Of a DNA stretch of 64,000 nt, positions 62,449 through 64,000 are shown piece by piece. This DNA comes from a bacterium (GTDB lineage: Bacteria; SZUA-79; Acidulodesulfobacterales; Acidulodesulfobacteraceae). Under the pieces are notes generated by a model. That model was not told the DNA's origin. It did not search any database and worked only from the letters and a program-made list of their open reading frames with translations. Positions within the stretch are counted from its first letter, which is position 1. Every line of letters begins with the position of its first letter. The position numbers and the translations under genes are program-made. The stretch spans positions 14,652 through 78,651 of the forward strand of contig JAJZJX010000002.1 in assembly GCA_021850985.1 (NCBI GenBank). The letters run 5' to 3'.

Positions 62449-63156
62449 CTAAAAATAAAACAGCTTGAATATAAGCGCGGTAATTAAAATTCCTATAACG
62501 CTTCCCGTTAAAACCTCTATTTTTGTGTGAATACCGCTGCTAATTCTGGAAAGAGCTATCGTTAACGCAAGAATAAACGTAAGCAAAGAGACTACGGGAT
62601 TTAAAGTCAAAAAAGATACTATAAGCCATATCGAAAAGGCTATGGCGGCATGACCGCTCGGAAAACCTCCCCTTAAGGGAGTGCCTTTATTAAACATAGC
62701 TTTTATTATTATAATTCCGACGAAAACAATCGATATAATTATTACGGATATATCCGAACCTTCGGTTTTAATCATATTTATCATATAGTATATCAAATAA
62801 TAAAGGTATTTGGAAAAAATTATGTATCCAACCACGAATGAACCGAAAGCCGATAAAAGAACCGCGCCGGCGGCTAAATTTTTAACGGCGGCAATTTCTT
62901 CGGAATGCTCTTTTGATATAAAATCGGCAAGATACTCTATGGAAGTATTAAGGGTTTCCGCAAATAAAACAAAAAAAACGGAAACAAGGACGAATAAAAT
63001 ATCTATTTTCGATACTTTTAAAAAAAGAGCAAGTATTATAGCGGCAAGAGCTGCGGAAAAATGTATTTTCATATTTTTCTCGGTCTTGGTAGCTAAAATA
63101 ATGCCCTCTATAGCGGCGTTAAAAGATTCCAAGCGGCTCAGCGTCGTTTTTTTCAT
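62449..63156 (-). CDS. Fusion of DgkA-type lipid kinase (diacylglycerol/undecaprenol kinase) and PAP2-type lipid phosphatase
   Basis: The N-terminal half has FAETLNTSIEYLADFIS and KNLAAGAVLL (DAGK_prokar motifs). The C-terminal half has K-x6-R..PSGH...SR-x5-H-x3-(E) (KGTPLRGGFPSGHAA...SRISSGIHTKIEVLTG), the PAP2 signature. Confidence 0.82.
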   Translation of the reverse strand: MKKTTLSRLESFNAAIEGIILATKTEKNMKIHFSAALAAIILALFLKVSKIDILFVLVSVFFVLFAETLNTSIEYLADFISKEHSEEIAAVKNLAAGAVLLSAFGSFVVGYIIFSKYLYYLIYYMINMIKTEGSDISVIIISIVFVGIIIIKAMFNKGTPLRGGFPSGHAAIAFSIWLIVSFLTLNPVVSLLTFILALTIALSRISSGIHTKIEVLTGSVIGILITALIFKLFYF

Positions 63157-63160
63157 ATAA

Positions 63161-63709
63161 TTACAGTTTCCCGTTTAACTCTTTATATAAAAAATTCTGC
63201 ATATTTTTCATGTCTTCGTCGTAATCTTCGTCGTCTAAATTCAGCTTGTGTTCCTCGTCGTGAACGTATCCGAAAAGATGAAGTATGCCGTGTATTATAA
63301 GCAGAGCGATTTCTCTGCGAAAACCTTTTCGATGATGATATAGCGGCCGGCTTTCTTTATCTTCGTCTTTATATACGTAATTATCGCCGTTCCGTGATAT
63401 CCACTCGGATTTTTCCCAAAACTCGCGGTTTTTGAGGTAATTTTTTTGCGCAACGGAAGGCGATATATATATTTCGCCGATATGATAAACGCCGTTTACC
63501 CATTCTTTAATTTCAAACGAAAGTACATCGGTAGCTTTATTCTGATTTCTATAGGTTAAATTCAATCTTTTAATATAATTTTCGGAACAAAAAATTATAT
63601 TTATTTCATAAGAACCGCAATAAAGTTTGTTTACGGAATTTTTAACGATATAGCGGACTAACCTTTGGTTTATTTTCGATTTTCTCTGGATATCCGTTAT
63701 ATTTATCAT
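63161..63709 (-). CDS. ybeY: Endoribonuclease YbeY (with insert of about 35 aa before the zinc motif)
   Basis: ATDVLSFE and HGILHLFGYVHDEE (H-x3-H-x5-H zinc site). The track start at 63727 is a GTG; the first ATG is 63709 (MINITD). Either start overlaps the tail of the upstream HD-protein gene. Confidence 0.88.
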   Translation of the reverse strand: MINITDIQRKSKINQRLVRYIVKNSVNKLYCGSYEINIIFCSENYIKRLNLTYRNQNKATDVLSFEIKEWVNGVYHIGEIYISPSVAQKNYLKNREFWEKSEWISRNGDNYVYKDEDKESRPLYHHRKGFRREIALLIIHGILHLFGYVHDEEHKLNLDDEDYDEDMKNMQNFLYKELNGKL

Positions 63710-64000
63710 CGTTTTTGCCTGCTTCACTTTTATCGGCGCCTCCGGTCTGCCTGTCTATATATGGAATTCTTTGATGAAAAACAGAATTTAAAACTTTTAC
63801 GAAAGCATCGCCTATAACATGAAGATCTTTCAGCGTCAATTCGCATTCGTCAAGCTGTCCGTCGGTATAAATTCTATTTATGGTTTTTCTGACCATCTGT
63901 TCAAGCCGTGACGGCGATATATTCGGCATAGACCTCGATATCGCCTCGACGGAATCTGCAAGCATAATTATTCCGGCTTCTTTAGTCTGCGGTTTTCTAC
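63642..64000 (-). CDS. C-terminal end of a PgpH/YqfF-like HD-domain (7TM receptor-HD) phosphohydrolase; N-terminus beyond the window
   Basis: The reading frame is open to the window edge: ...RKPQTKEAGIIMLADSVEAISRSMPNISPSRLEQMVRKTINRIYTDGQLDECELTLKDLHVI, typical of the end of the HD domain. phoH/pgpH-ybeY-dgkA synteny. Confidence 0.75.
   Translation of the reverse strand, partial: RKPQTKEAGIIMLADSVEAISRSMPNISPSRLEQMVRKTINRIYTDGQLDECELTLKDLHVIGDAFVKVLNSVFHQRIPYIDRQTGGADKSEAGKNDDKYNGYPEKIENKPKVSPLYR

Overview
The window is visibly AT-rich (about one-third G+C by eye, not computed) and comes from the chromosome of a diderm, LPS-making bacterium. It is almost purely housekeeping. I call 58 protein genes, 57 of them on the minus strand, plus one tRNA. 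In transcription order (high to low coordinates) the genes are: (1) a PgpH-like HD protein (partial), ybeY, a dgkA::PAP2 fusion, mazG, lnt, prfB (programmed +1 frameshift), lysS and lolCD. (2) The envelope cluster bamA-skp-lpxD-fabZ-lpxA-lpxI-lpxB-msbA-waaA. (3) rplU-rpmA-obg-proB-proA-nadD-rsfS, a lapA::lapB-like fusion, gpmI, rluD, pgeF and coaE. (4) A GAF/degenerate-GGDEF protein, rho, a PAS histidine kinase with a sigma54-type response regulator, a chemoreceptor with a CxxCH motif, acs and pepA. (5) A 13-gene nuo (complex I) operon, then ispE, spoVG, tRNA-Gln, prs, rplY, pth and ychF. (6) A convergent MarC-family gene (the only plus-strand gene) and a GT4 glycosyltransferase that runs off the left edge and is missing from the ORF track. 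I saw no rRNA, CRISPR array, transposase, integrase, prophage or recognisable defence genes. Four things stand out. (a) In the nuo operon, nuoE/nuoF are replaced by a fusion of the NuoF Fe-S tail to a GltD-like flavoprotein. (b) Three inter-related families of palindromic intergenic repeats (A, B and C here, at least 13 copies) fill nearly every spacer longer than 100 bp, nest inside one another and show compensatory stem changes. (c) Two perfect 92-bp tandem copies of the tRNA-Gln 3' end lie in the prs leader. (d) Several conserved proteins carry unusual sensor or insertion features (MCP, MsbA, WaaA, BamA, GGDEF). All functional calls rest on motif recognition in the supplied translations and on my own reading of the DNA; no database search was possible.
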